Origin: an uncultured Candidatus Saccharibacteria bacterium
Lineage (GTDB): Bacteria > Patescibacteriota > Minisyncoccia > Phycocordibacterales > UBA9973
Direction of reading: 5' to 3'
Length of the DNA: 55,635 bases
NCBI GenBank assembly: GCA_964439045.1
Contig: CAYTMO010000002.1
Location: forward strand, 1-55,635
Positions 35,465-45,328 of the stretch are shown one piece after another. Numbering within the stretch: the first letter of the stretch is position 1; each line of letters starts with the position of its first letter. The notes under the pieces are model-generated. The model had not been told where the DNA came from and searched no databases. It worked only from the letters and a program-made list of their open reading frames with translations. Made by a program: the position numbers and the translations under genes.

Positions 35465-37144
35465 ATGAAAGAAGATAGCCTTGAGCAAAGAAAGCCGGCA
35501 TCAAAACAAGAAATACAAAAGATAAAACAACAATCTAGAGATGAGCTGGCTGGAACTATCCGTGAATCTAGAAGAAACCGAGATGAAGAATTAAAAAAAC
35601 TCGAAGAAGCAAAAAAGAGATTTTTTAAATTTTTATCCCTACAAAAAGACAAACCAAAAACAATCATACAGGAAATAAAAAACAAAGAAGGCGCTACAAG
35701 AAGATTATTAAAAGAAGGAAAATACGAAATTGATTTACAGGAAAAACTTCTATTGAAAGAGAGGGAGCAAGTTTTATATTCAACTATTATTGAACCTTTA
35801 TCTAAAATAAAAAATCTAATCTTAGATTATGAAAATCGAGATGAAGTTAAATCAATCTCAAAAAACTTCAGTGAAGAAAATTTCAGAATCTTTATGTCTG
35901 AAAAAGACCCAAATGAGGTTGGAGCTATAATTATAAAAATATTCGACCTTCTAAAAACCTCTAAATACTCCGACGCTTTCTATCAAAAAATAATTAATCT
36001 TTCAGAAGATTATTTTGAAGAAATTGAAGCTTTCTTACCAAACAACTTTCATTCTTTTTACAATGCTGAATTTATAAACAATTTAGTAGGTGCTCAATCT
36101 TTCACAGAGGGAAACCTGCCGGATGAAAAAATAGTCGAGGCTATTAAAAGCTTTGAACCATATTACAAAGAACAGGTTTCTTGGCAACACAGATACTCAA
36201 AGTTATCAAGTTTAACAAACTTCATATTAATTAAAGGACCTGACAGCCTAAAGGAGTGGATGAAAGAACAAATAAAAAGCGAAATAGAAAAAGAAAACTT
36301 TTCTATTATACCTATATTTAATAATTTTGATGTAGGATCCTCTCTTGAACTTGAAAAGGTCTTTGAAGAAAATATTTTCCAATATACACAAAAAAGATTT
36401 AGCATATCCAAAGAAGACTTTTTCTCTGCAGGGCATTCAAACACGGAAATATACTGGTCCGAAAACTTAAAGACAATGTGTAACATAGAACGAAAAATTA
36501 CTGGTGGAGTAAAAAGGTTATTAAAAGATTACGGGATTCATGAGTTCAATCGTCACCCACAAAAAATATTGATAAATCAATTAAAAGAGGAAAGCGTGGA
36601 TAGACCTTACGGAGTTGTGATATATCCACACAGTGACCATAACAATAATTTTGATAAAAAAGATACTGTCTTTAAAAATTTTTATGAAAAAGATAAAAAA
36701 AATCGTCTATTAAAGGTATTTGAAGTTGGTAGTAATCATGATCTTTTAAAATACTTAATAAAACTAAAAAGAAAATACAAACACAAAATATCATATCTTA
36801 TACTAGGAGGGCATGGCAGTACGGAGGGAGTCGAATTTGCCGATATGTTTATGTCTTACAAAGCCGGTACAAGTCAAGGAGAGTTAACAAAAGATGTTTT
36901 AGATAAAAGAGAAAAAACTCTTAAAATGATATCTGAATTTTTTACTCCAGACGCGACCATAGTCCTTGTGTCTTGTTCTACAGGAGCAGAAGGAGGGTTC
37001 GGAAGTAAACTTAGAGATAAAATAAATTTAAGAGTGTTGGCTCCAAAAGAAGATAGTAATCTAAAAAAACTAGAATTCAAAGACGGGAAGCTCGAAGTTG
37101 AGTATAATGTAGAAAAAAATGTATTTAACAAAATAGAAGTATAA
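35465..37144 (+). CDS. hypothetical protein with coiled-coil N-terminus and C-terminal His/Cys (GHG...SCS) domain
   Basis: LILGGHGSTEG ... IVLVSCSTGAEGG resembles clan-CD or DUF4347-like dyad spacing. Inference only. Confidence 0.65.
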   Translation: MKEDSLEQRKPASKQEIQKIKQQSRDELAGTIRESRRNRDEELKKLEEAKKRFFKFLSLQKDKPKTIIQEIKNKEGATRRLLKEGKYEIDLQEKLLLKEREQVLYSTIIEPLSKIKNLILDYENRDEVKSISKNFSEENFRIFMSEKDPNEVGAIIIKIFDLLKTSKYSDAFYQKIINLSEDYFEEIEAFLPNNFHSFYNAEFINNLVGAQSFTEGNLPDEKIVEAIKSFEPYYKEQVSWQHRYSKLSSLTNFILIKGPDSLKEWMKEQIKSEIEKENFSIIPIFNNFDVGSSLELEKVFEENIFQYTQKRFSISKEDFFSAGHSNTEIYWSENLKTMCNIERKITGGVKRLLKDYGIHEFNRHPQKILINQLKEESVDRPYGVVIYPHSDHNNNFDKKDTVFKNFYEKDKKNRLLKVFEVGSNHDLLKYLIKLKRKYKHKISYLILGGHGSTEGVEFADMFMSYKAGTSQGELTKDVLDKREKTLKMISEFFTPDATIVLVSCSTGAEGGFGSKLRDKINLRVLAPKEDSNLKKLEFKDGKLEVEYNVEKNVFNKIEV

Positions 37145-37154
37145 ACAAATAATT

Positions 37155-37631
37155 ATGGAAACAATTGTAAAAAGTGAAAAAGAATATAAATTAGGAGATA
37201 GTGTGACTCAAAAAAATATAATAAGTTTTGCAATTACCAGCTTTGCTATCTCAAGAAATAAAATGGACGCACAAATCTTATTTGTGGATTGGTTTATTAA
37301 AAGTAAAGCAAGTCAGAATCTGGGCGAAAACCCCGCAGACAAAGTACTATCAATGTATGAAAAGGCAATGGATAATGAACACAAAAATGAAAGTGTTGCG
37401 CAAATAATGGAAGCTTTTAATAAAGTCCAAGCTCATAACACTGGGCCTTCTGGTAAAGATTATGTTTTATCAAATTTTACAAAAGATTTTGAACAAGCTG
37501 TGACAACTGTAAAAGAAAGCAGATACGCTGATAATGTATTATGGTTTAATCTTGGAGTTGATTCAATTAATGTATACAATATGTCAAGCAGAGAGTTTAT
37601 AAACGCAATTAGTCCTTTATTTACAAAATAA
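37155..37631 (+). CDS. hypothetical protein (158 aa)
   Basis: ORF 10 nt after the preceding gene. No motif recognised. Confidence 0.55.
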   Translation: METIVKSEKEYKLGDSVTQKNIISFAITSFAISRNKMDAQILFVDWFIKSKASQNLGENPADKVLSMYEKAMDNEHKNESVAQIMEAFNKVQAHNTGPSGKDYVLSNFTKDFEQAVTTVKESRYADNVLWFNLGVDSINVYNMSSREFINAISPLFTK

Positions 37632-37636
37632 TTGAT

Positions 37637-39868
37637 TTACTTTTCCATCCTCTCTCTCAACACCCCTATCTCATCCCTTAGTATGGCTGCAGTTTCAAAG
37701 TCGAGTTCTTTGACGGCTTTGTTCATTTCCTTTTCTTTAATTTTAATTATCTTTTCATAGACTAGGCTAGTCCTCTCTTCGTCGGACATATGGAGCTTCA
37801 CTTCGGTTACATTGCCATCTTTTGTTTTCTTTTTAGTTACTGTGCTTTTGTCTAATGCGAGCTCTTTTGCATAAGCTTTTTTAAATACTTCAAGATCAAT
37901 AGAAAGCTCTGCGTTCACTGCTTTGCCGTGCTCGCTCTCCATAGCTTCGGTAATGTCTTTTATATTTTTCAAAATTGTCTTTGGGGTGATGTTATGTTTT
38001 TTGTTATAAGCTAGCTGAGTATTCCTCCTCCTGATAGTCTCTTTCAAGGCGCGCTCCATCGAGCCAGTAATCTTGTCTGCATAGAGTATCACTCGCCCTT
38101 CGCTATTTCTCGCTGCACGGCCTATAGTCTGAATGAGGGCAGTCTCACTCCTTAGGAATCCTTCTTTATCAGCGTCGAGTATCCCAATAAGTGCTACTTC
38201 TGGCAAATCTAAACCTTCACGAAGAAGGTTGACTCCTACTAACACATCAAATTTCCCTTTTCTGAATTCGGTTAGAATTTTTATTCTGTCTATTGTCTTT
38301 ACATCACTGTGCAAATACTCTGACTTAATTTTCTTATCTTTCAAGTATACAGACAAATCTTCTGCCATCTTTTTCGTAAGTGTAGTCGCCAAAACTCTAA
38401 AACCTCTCTTGATTGTATTTTCTGTTTCTTTTATAAAATCTTGAATCTGGCCGGGGTAATTTGAGCTCTTCGAAATGTGTTCGGAAGAATCTCCGCTACG
38501 AACAGAACTATCTTGCCCTTCCAGGGCAGAATGCGAATCCTGGAGAACATCTTTCGAAGAGCTAGCAGCCACAGGTCGAACAATGGTCTCTGGATCAACT
38601 AGCCCTGTCGGACGGATGATTTGCTCTACTATCTGCTCACTTTCTTTTCTCTCTACATCGCTTGGGGTTGCACTAGTGTATACTACTTGCCCGATTCTCT
38701 TTTCAAATTCAGGATATTTCAAAGGCCTATTATCCTTCGCAGAAGGAAGACGAAAACCGTATTCCACAAGTGTGTTTTTGCGAGAAGCATCGCCTGCATA
38801 CATACCATTTAATTGAGGCAAAGTTACGTGTGACTCATCAATAATAGTTAAGAAATCAGGTTCTTTGTTTTTTGTATGAGGGAAATATGAAAGCAAAGTT
38901 TCTGGTGCTTCGCCCTCCTTCTTACCAGAGAGGTGTCTGGAATAATTTTCTATACCAGAGCAATACCCCACTTCTTTAATCATTGCCAAATCATAATTAG
39001 TTCTTCTTTTGATTCTTTCTGCTTCTAAGAGCTTTCCTTCTTTTTCAAAATATTTGAGCTGAGCTGCCAATTCCTTTTTTATATTTGCTAAAGCAATTTT
39101 AGTTTTTGAATCTTCGGTGATGAAATGCTTAGTCGGAAAAACATAAATATCTTTTTCTTCTGCTAAGATTTTTGAAGACACAGGATCCACTTTTAAAATC
39201 TCTGAAATCTTCCCTCCTGACATCTCAATGACGTACATAAAAGTATCAGACACAGGCACGAATTCTACTTTAGAACCAATAGAGCGAAACTGCCCGGAAG
39301 AAAGGTCTGCATTAGTCCTTTCAAAATGAATTTTGATTAAACTTTTCATTAATGTAGTCCTATCCATTTTCATTCCTACTGAGAGCTTAAGATTTTCTTT
39401 CTCATATTCTTCTGGTGAACCTAAACCATAAATACAAGAAACAGAAGCGACAATGATGACATCACGACGAGTAAGGAGGGCCTGAGTGGAAGCGTGGCGA
39501 AGGCGGTCTATTTCTTTGTTTATCTGCGCATCCTTTTCTATATAAGTATCAGAGACGGGCATATATGCTTCTGGTTGATAGTAATCATAATAAGACACGA
39601 AGTAATGCACCGCAGCATCAGGGAAAAATTCTTTAAACTCTTGTGCAAGTTGTGCAGCGAGAGTTTTGTTATGCGCTATTACAAGAGTAGGCTTGTTCCA
39701 CTTGGCTATGACATTTGCCATTGTGAAAGTCTTACCTGTACCTGTAGCACCGAGCAATGTCTGCTTTCGCATACCTTTTTCTAAGCCTTTCATAAGCTCC
39801 GAAATAGCCTTCGGTTGGTCCCCGGCTGGCTCGAATTTACTCTTCAATTTAAAAATACCTTCAGACAT
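37637..39868 (-). CDS. uvrB: excinuclease ABC subunit B with Ser-rich insertion
   Basis: GATGTGKTF, DESHVT, helicase C motifs and C-terminal UVR (FETAAILRDEI). 743 aa. Confidence 0.97.
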   Translation of the reverse strand: MSEGIFKLKSKFEPAGDQPKAISELMKGLEKGMRKQTLLGATGTGKTFTMANVIAKWNKPTLVIAHNKTLAAQLAQEFKEFFPDAAVHYFVSYYDYYQPEAYMPVSDTYIEKDAQINKEIDRLRHASTQALLTRRDVIIVASVSCIYGLGSPEEYEKENLKLSVGMKMDRTTLMKSLIKIHFERTNADLSSGQFRSIGSKVEFVPVSDTFMYVIEMSGGKISEILKVDPVSSKILAEEKDIYVFPTKHFITEDSKTKIALANIKKELAAQLKYFEKEGKLLEAERIKRRTNYDLAMIKEVGYCSGIENYSRHLSGKKEGEAPETLLSYFPHTKNKEPDFLTIIDESHVTLPQLNGMYAGDASRKNTLVEYGFRLPSAKDNRPLKYPEFEKRIGQVVYTSATPSDVERKESEQIVEQIIRPTGLVDPETIVRPVAASSSKDVLQDSHSALEGQDSSVRSGDSSEHISKSSNYPGQIQDFIKETENTIKRGFRVLATTLTKKMAEDLSVYLKDKKIKSEYLHSDVKTIDRIKILTEFRKGKFDVLVGVNLLREGLDLPEVALIGILDADKEGFLRSETALIQTIGRAARNSEGRVILYADKITGSMERALKETIRRRNTQLAYNKKHNITPKTILKNIKDITEAMESEHGKAVNAELSIDLEVFKKAYAKELALDKSTVTKKKTKDGNVTEVKLHMSDEERTSLVYEKIIKIKEKEMNKAVKELDFETAAILRDEIGVLRERMEK
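38464..38563. repeat. inverted-repeat-bounded in-frame element inside uvrB
   Basis: 12-bp perfect arms AGCTCTTCGAAA/TTTCGAAGAGCT, central palindrome TGCCCT-tcc-AGGGCA at 38514-38528, and TGCGAATCCTGGAG motif. Confidence 0.75.
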
Positions 39869-39906
39869 ATTGTCCTACTATCATAACATATTAGACTTTA
39901 TAAAAA

Positions 39907-41118
39907 TTATCCTGTAGCGGTTTGATTACCTAAATCAGGAAAAAATATATCATTTATTCCTTTTAATCTACCGTTTTCGTCAAAACGAATAATTATATCT
40001 ACATCTGCTATATTATTCATAAGCCAAATTATAACACTTTGATCTACGGTCTTCATTAATTGCTTAAAATCAGAATCTTCTTTTATTTGAATATATTCCG
40101 GTAACTCCAAAACTTTTTTTAGAATTTCTAATGTGAAGTCTTCGGTGCAAGGGTCGTATAGTCCAACCCTTACCAAGTTTTCTCGAAAGGAAGATATGCG
40201 GGCATATATTTCAGTCGGTGAATCTAAATAATCATCCCCAGAATGACCTTTCCAATCCAAAAGATATTTAATAAATCTATTCATTTCCGAGCCTCCATCA
40301 TCGGACTGGTGCCCCAATATTTCGTGTGTGGCAGTGTTAGATATTTCGCTCTCTCCTTCTTCAGAATCTCGAAGAAAAACCAACGCAGACAAAGGTATGT
40401 TTGTAGTCGTGGTGTCTGAGGTTTTAAAAAAAGTCTTATATAGCTTAGGATAATAGGCTCCCTTGGTGTTCTCATCTGGCCAAAAAGCAATAATCCAGCG
40501 TCCGTTTTTTACATTTTCTAAGCGTGAATTTATAAGCATATCTATTGTTTCCCAATCCTCTGGTGTCAGTGTATTCAAATCTGGTTTAGGAAAAATATTT
40601 TCAAGCTTTAAAGCTTCAGTCAAATCAACTTCCGAAGAATCCTTCCATTGTGTTACATAATTCTCAAACATATTAAAAATTCTCAATGTATCACCTTGTT
40701 CATCTTTATCTATCCTGTTCATCTCGGGCATTCCTTTAAAAGCTTCTTCACTGTAGCCAATCTTAGACATCTTTTTAAACCAAAAGTACTCTCGTGCCAT
40801 CCGTTCACGATATTTAGGAGACCGTATATATTTCAAAATTTGTTTTCTTTGCCTTACAGTTTCAGCTCTCGTGTCTGCGTATATTGAAGGGTTCAATGTA
40901 TCTTTAGGATTTCTAACTTCCATTGTAGTAGAGTCTATTTCGTAACCCTCTTTATTCATCTTGAAATTCTGTGCCTCTGCTTGATTAGAAAAACTCGACA
41001 TAAAAGAAATAGCTAAAACACCAAAAACAAGCTTAGCTTTTGCTTCCAAGTTTTTGATAGTTTCGATAGTTTTATTCTCACGAAAACTCTTTTCTGGATT
41101 TTTTTGAAGGTTTTCCAT
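39907..41118 (-). CDS. secreted HExxH protein (putative zinc metallopeptidase), paralogue 1
   Basis: Signal anchor ending NQAEAQ, and HEILGH. Shares EI.AR, G.YD, FT.E.L.KVLE, NNIA and D..G.LKG with the neighbouring gene. Confidence 0.65.
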   Translation of the reverse strand: MENLQKNPEKSFRENKTIETIKNLEAKAKLVFGVLAISFMSSFSNQAEAQNFKMNKEGYEIDSTTMEVRNPKDTLNPSIYADTRAETVRQRKQILKYIRSPKYRERMAREYFWFKKMSKIGYSEEAFKGMPEMNRIDKDEQGDTLRIFNMFENYVTQWKDSSEVDLTEALKLENIFPKPDLNTLTPEDWETIDMLINSRLENVKNGRWIIAFWPDENTKGAYYPKLYKTFFKTSDTTTTNIPLSALVFLRDSEEGESEISNTATHEILGHQSDDGGSEMNRFIKYLLDWKGHSGDDYLDSPTEIYARISSFRENLVRVGLYDPCTEDFTLEILKKVLELPEYIQIKEDSDFKQLMKTVDQSVIIWLMNNIADVDIIIRFDENGRLKGINDIFFPDLGNQTATG

Positions 41119-41127
41119 TTAATAAAC

Positions 41128-42225
41128 TTAAGCGGCTTTCGAATTTTCGTCACCCATATAATTAAGATGGTATATGTTTCCAACTCCAACCCCTTTCAAA
41201 TTGCCTTCTTTGTCTAGATGAATTCGTACGCCCCCTCCCGCAATATTGTTAATAAAGAAAAATGCATCTTCGATATACAAACTACTTAAATATTCAACAA
41301 CATCAGAATTATGATTCATTGCTTCGTTTTCCAAAACTTTGTTAAGATGCTCCACAGTAAAAGGTTCTGTAGCTGTTGTTATGTCATATATCCCCTCCTT
41401 CGCAAGCATAAACAAAAAAGCTGTTCTTCTCGCAAGTATCTCTTCTGCTTTTCTATAATAGTCCTCCTCGGCTATTGTTCTTTTTTCAGGGACTACTTTA
41501 TGAAAAGACACCAAACCACCAAAAGCTTTTCTAACCGCGTGATCAAATTCGTGCACAAAAAAGGTTTGATCTAAACTACCGAGAGCCATATCCGAGTCAA
41601 CAACAATATAACCCGCAAGAGAGTCCGCAGAATTTACATCAACATATCCAGCTACTGTTTCATCCTCTTTGTAACCAGGTATGTCTTTTAAGATTTTATA
41701 TAGTGTATTTTTTACTATTTTTATTCTTTCATCTCTCATTGTTTTTACTTTCTCAACTTCTTCTGGGGGAAGAAGATTATTAAAATCTGAATTCAAATCA
41801 TACTTATCAAAAATATCTGAGAGAGCAATCTTTTTATCCAAAGACAGATTTTCTTCTATTTTTGATCTATCTTTTAAAAGCTTTTTTTGGTGAAGACGTT
41901 CTATTAACATATATTTTAAATAATTTTCGGATTGCATATACGTTAAAAGCCAAGCTTTTTGCTCTTGGTACATACCTTCTATTTTCTTTAAAACTTCAGG
42001 AGAAACTTCAGTTTCTGGAGCTTGGTATTTTTTTTCAAAATCAATAGGGTTTTGTTCGACTTCTGCACTCGCGATGGGCATATTAGATTGTGCTTCCACT
42101 TGATTTCCTGAACCAAAATAGAAAGACACGAGCATTGTGGTTAAAATTAACCTGCCTCTATCTTTCAAACCTTCTATGTTAATTTTTTTTTCTTTTTTTA
42201 AAAGCTTTTTTAAAGAATTCTCCAT
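41128..42225 (-). CDS. secreted HExxH protein (putative zinc metallopeptidase), paralogue 2
   Basis: Signal anchor ending NQVEAQ, and HEFDH. Collinear motifs with paralogue 1. Confidence 0.65.
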   Translation of the reverse strand: MENSLKKLLKKEKKINIEGLKDRGRLILTTMLVSFYFGSGNQVEAQSNMPIASAEVEQNPIDFEKKYQAPETEVSPEVLKKIEGMYQEQKAWLLTYMQSENYLKYMLIERLHQKKLLKDRSKIEENLSLDKKIALSDIFDKYDLNSDFNNLLPPEEVEKVKTMRDERIKIVKNTLYKILKDIPGYKEDETVAGYVDVNSADSLAGYIVVDSDMALGSLDQTFFVHEFDHAVRKAFGGLVSFHKVVPEKRTIAEEDYYRKAEEILARRTAFLFMLAKEGIYDITTATEPFTVEHLNKVLENEAMNHNSDVVEYLSSLYIEDAFFFINNIAGGGVRIHLDKEGNLKGVGVGNIYHLNYMGDENSKAA

Positions 42226-42480
42226 AAAATATTATAAAAATTAATTAATAATTTAATTCACCACCTCCACCTCAAAATACGGTGTTTCATAATCATACGA
42301 ATAAGAATCATAAGCTTTAGCTATGATTACATAAGTACACACAGAACCAAAAATCGCAACGATAAGAAAAAATACAAAAGATTGACCTACTACTGCTTTC
42401 ATATAGATATAATAACATTTATCAACAAAACTAAAAAATTATCTTATGGCTTAGAACAGACTAGATTTTTCTTTACGCTG

Positions 42481-42553
42481 TGCGCCCGGTAGGAATCGAA
42501 CCTACGACCATCTCCTTAAAAGGGAGCTGCTCTACCGACTGAGCTACGGGCGC
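42481..42553 (-). tRNA. tRNA-Lys (anticodon UUU)
   Basis: GCGCCCG TA GCTC AGTCGGTA GAGC A GCTCC CTTTTAA GGAGA TGGTC GTAGG TTCGATT CCTAC CGGGCGC A. No encoded CCA. Confidence 0.93.
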
Positions 42554-42667
42554 GTAAAAATACTTAAACAACAGAAACGCTTACCAAACAAATATATAGC
42601 AAACAAGCTTAAAAATCAAGAAGAAATGTTGCATTGCAAATTCTAAAAAAGATGTATAATACATTTT

Positions 42668-43402
42668 ATGGAATTATATTATTTTCTATCCGTCATTATT
42701 GTGGCATCGGTATTACAAGGCATCACCGGTTTCGGCTCTGCTCTAATCGCCGCACCACTCCTATTACTAGTATTAGACAAGACCACTAGCGTCATAGCAC
42801 TCTCTTTTGTAAGCATTGCCCTCAATGCTTTTTTATTTGTCGCTATCAAATACCCATTAGACAAAAAGACTTTATACAGAATAATTCTTCCTAGTTTGCT
42901 TGGTTTACCTTTTGGAATTCTTGTTTTAAAACAACTAGACATAAGTATCTTGAGAATCTTGGCAGGACTCTTGTCTATCGTTTTTGCTATGTTACTTTTT
43001 GGAAAAACTTTTCAAATTAAAAGAACAAGATTGGTTAGAATGTTGTCTGGTTTTTTCTCTGGAGTGCTCCATACTAGTATTGGTGTAAGTGGTCCACCTG
43101 TAGTATTGCTTCTCGCTCGAGAAAATACCGAAAAGAATGAAATGCGCAGAACTCTTGCATTACTGTTTTTTATAATGAGTGTGGCTTCTATAGTGCTTTT
43201 CTTCTTCACCAAAGACTTAACTCAAAAGGCCATAAACTTTGGGCTTTACGGAATACCAGCAGCATTTATTGGTGCATACATTGGCAATCATATTTCCAAA
43301 AGAGTTTCTCAAAAACAATTCATCCTAAGTGTTTTTATTCTTATATCTATCACCATATTGGTGGCATTGTACTCAGGGTTCAAGGACTGGTTTATGAATT
43401 AA
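42668..43402 (+). CDS. TauE/SafE (TSUP, DUF81) family membrane transporter
   Basis: GITGFGSALIAAPLL motif and a repeated 4+4 TM layout. Confidence 0.8.
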   Translation: MELYYFLSVIIVASVLQGITGFGSALIAAPLLLLVLDKTTSVIALSFVSIALNAFLFVAIKYPLDKKTLYRIILPSLLGLPFGILVLKQLDISILRILAGLLSIVFAMLLFGKTFQIKRTRLVRMLSGFFSGVLHTSIGVSGPPVVLLLARENTEKNEMRRTLALLFFIMSVASIVLFFFTKDLTQKAINFGLYGIPAAFIGAYIGNHISKRVSQKQFILSVFILISITILVALYSGFKDWFMN

Positions 43403-44043
43403 AAAGCTTCCAATACAAACTGCTCAAAGGCAGCTTCGTCATCTTTGCCTGTTCTCCTTGCTTCTGGCAACAGGTAGCTTAATTTATTTGCTATATCTTT
43501 CAACTCTTCTTCTTTGAATTTCATAAAATTCTTTTTTAAAATCATATCTTTAATATTCCAGAAAAGCACTCCGATAAGCTCCTCCATCCCTACTCCTTTA
43601 TCCATCGCTTGGCGGAAATATATCCAAAGGTTGAGCTTGTCCCTCTTTGCGAACGCATTCGCTAAAAGGAAATTATCGAATTTCTCTAGCTTTTCTTTTG
43701 GTAATTCAAATATATTGAGCTCTGCTCGACTTTTTTTGAAAGCATCGAGCACGGGCTTAGTGAGTTTACCTTCTAAGAAAATATAATCATTTTGAGACTC
43801 ACTTATGAGTGGAAGCTTTTGTAAAACAAAATCCCTTTCATCTTCTCTCTCTAAGATAGAAGAAAATACTACAAGGCATTTGCTAAAAAATAACCCTGCT
43901 CCAGAGTAAAGGCTTTCAATTTGGTTTTCATTAAAATTGTTCCTGTTGATAGCAAAAATTTCTACTCCTTTATATGAAGCTAGGAATTTCTCATAAGTTG
44001 CGAGCTTTTTCTTGGAGTCGTTTCCAGCAAAAAGATAAATCAT
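43399..44043 (-). CDS. holA: DNA polymerase III delta subunit-like (short)
   Basis: MIYLFAGNDS... N-terminus and overall pattern resemble HolA. At 214 aa it is much shorter than the canonical protein. Confidence 0.55.
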   Translation of the reverse strand: MIYLFAGNDSKKKLATYEKFLASYKGVEIFAINRNNFNENQIESLYSGAGLFFSKCLVVFSSILEREDERDFVLQKLPLISESQNDYIFLEGKLTKPVLDAFKKSRAELNIFELPKEKLEKFDNFLLANAFAKRDKLNLWIYFRQAMDKGVGMEELIGVLFWNIKDMILKKNFMKFKEEELKDIANKLSYLLPEARRTGKDDEAAFEQFVLEAF

Positions 44044-44046
44044 AAC

Positions 44047-44568
44047 TTAAATCTTTACAGACTTTTTATATTCTTCATAATGCTTGCCGTATTTGTCTAT
44101 TAGGATACTTTCTTGTTTTTTTAAGAAAAAAACTTTGGTGATGATAAAAGAAATAATAGTGAGAGTAATTATAAAAAATGCATTCATAACAAAACCAAAA
44201 CCAAGTACAAGGAAAAAGAGCCCCCAATGCGTCGGTGTGCGAGTATAGCAATACGGACCTTTGCAAAATGTCTCCTTGCTAATAGTACTTGTATCAAAAT
44301 TTTTAGAAGAGTGTTGCGCCCAGACCACCAATGCTGTAGCAAGTATCAAAAAAAGAAAACCAACAGAAATCATAATACCACTATGAAATATCCGAATCGG
44401 GAAAATTAAATCTAGTCCTACTCCGACAAAAAGAAGCAAAAAATACACCATATAAGAATGCGCTAGCGTGCTGTGCACTATGTGGCTTGGGTGATTCTTT
44501 TCTTTTTTTACTTCTTCTTCCATCTGTCTATTATACCAAAAAATGCTTGAATATAGAAAATTGGGCAA
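44047..44568 (-). CDS. isoprenylcysteine carboxyl methyltransferase (ICMT)/PEMT-family membrane methyltransferase
   Basis: GPYCYTRTPTHWG...E..L...YGKHYEEYKKSV C-terminal signature. Start may be at 44523. Confidence 0.75.
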   Translation of the reverse strand: MPNFLYSSIFWYNRQMEEEVKKEKNHPSHIVHSTLAHSYMVYFLLLFVGVGLDLIFPIRIFHSGIMISVGFLFLILATALVVWAQHSSKNFDTSTISKETFCKGPYCYTRTPTHWGLFFLVLGFGFVMNAFFIITLTIISFIITKVFFLKKQESILIDKYGKHYEEYKKSVKI

Positions 44569-44602
44569 AGTTTAGCCCCGAGGACTAAACCACGGGGCTC
44601 AA

Positions 44603-45328
44603 TTAATCTTCTTCTCTCTTTTCAACCTTAGCCTGTTTTTTGTCACTTGGTTTATAGAGCACTATTAATAGAGCTCCAATAGCAAGTACAATAAACAGAA
44701 GGTTCCATATTGGGTTCCCTCCACTTGTGGTGCTATCCAAAACCAAACAATAAAATCCCAAAAGAACTATTCCAATAACGATAGCCCAAAAAATAGAAGG
44801 TGCTACCTTTTTCCAATCTTCCTTGGTCATCTTTTTTATCCTCCAGCCCAAGAAAAACAAAACCGCAATCGTGATTAATATTGCTATCCAATATTTAGTC
44901 ACGACTCTCGCAACTTTATCATAAACGTCAAGAATTGGCTTTCCATCACCAGAAATCGAATCAAAACTAGTAGCCACCACTTCGCCAGGGAAAGGGGTAA
45001 TCTCAGTCACACTTGCTAGGCGCAATAAAACACCACCTATTACAACTAAGGTTATTAAAATAAATATTTTATTACCCCAAAGCAAAAATACAACAACAGC
45101 CCCCAAGAAAGAAAAGGCGTAGAAAACCCTTTTCACTTCAAAACCAGTAAGAGTGTTATCTACCTCTCCTTTGAACAACAGGTCGTACAATGTATCGAAT
45201 GGGGTGTGAATCACAGTCCATACCCAAGCAAGTTCAATCGGTGGGTCTAATCCAAAGTACTTTGGTATTGTGTTTATTCCAAAGAAAAACACGAGTATAC
45301 CAATTAAGTATCCGAAGCGGCTTCCCAC
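44603..45328 (-). CDS. polytopic membrane protein
   Basis: Six hydrophobic helices, GTG start, Lys/Glu tail. Confidence 0.55.
   Translation of the reverse strand: MGSRFGYLIGILVFFFGINTIPKYFGLDPPIELAWVWTVIHTPFDTLYDLLFKGEVDNTLTGFEVKRVFYAFSFLGAVVVFLLWGNKIFILITLVVIGGVLLRLASVTEITPFPGEVVATSFDSISGDGKPILDVYDKVARVVTKYWIAILITIAVLFFLGWRIKKMTKEDWKKVAPSIFWAIVIGIVLLGFYCLVLDSTTSGGNPIWNLLFIVLAIGALLIVLYKPSDKKQAKVEKREED

Noticed and set aside
42349-42364. Third near-copy (CCAAAAATCGCAACGA) of the 1673-1687 / 1516-1530 repeat
   Set aside because: Only about 13-14 nt match, with an extra A. It has no accompanying complementary arm or structure, and it lies in an unrelated AT-rich spacer. It is probably chance, but worth a genome-wide count.
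42259-42402. 47-aa minus-strand hydrophobic mini-ORF (MKAVVGQSFVFFLIVAIFGS...)
   Set aside because: It has no SD or promoter that I can support and a Trp/Arg-rich tail, so I could not distinguish it from chance in an AT-rich spacer.
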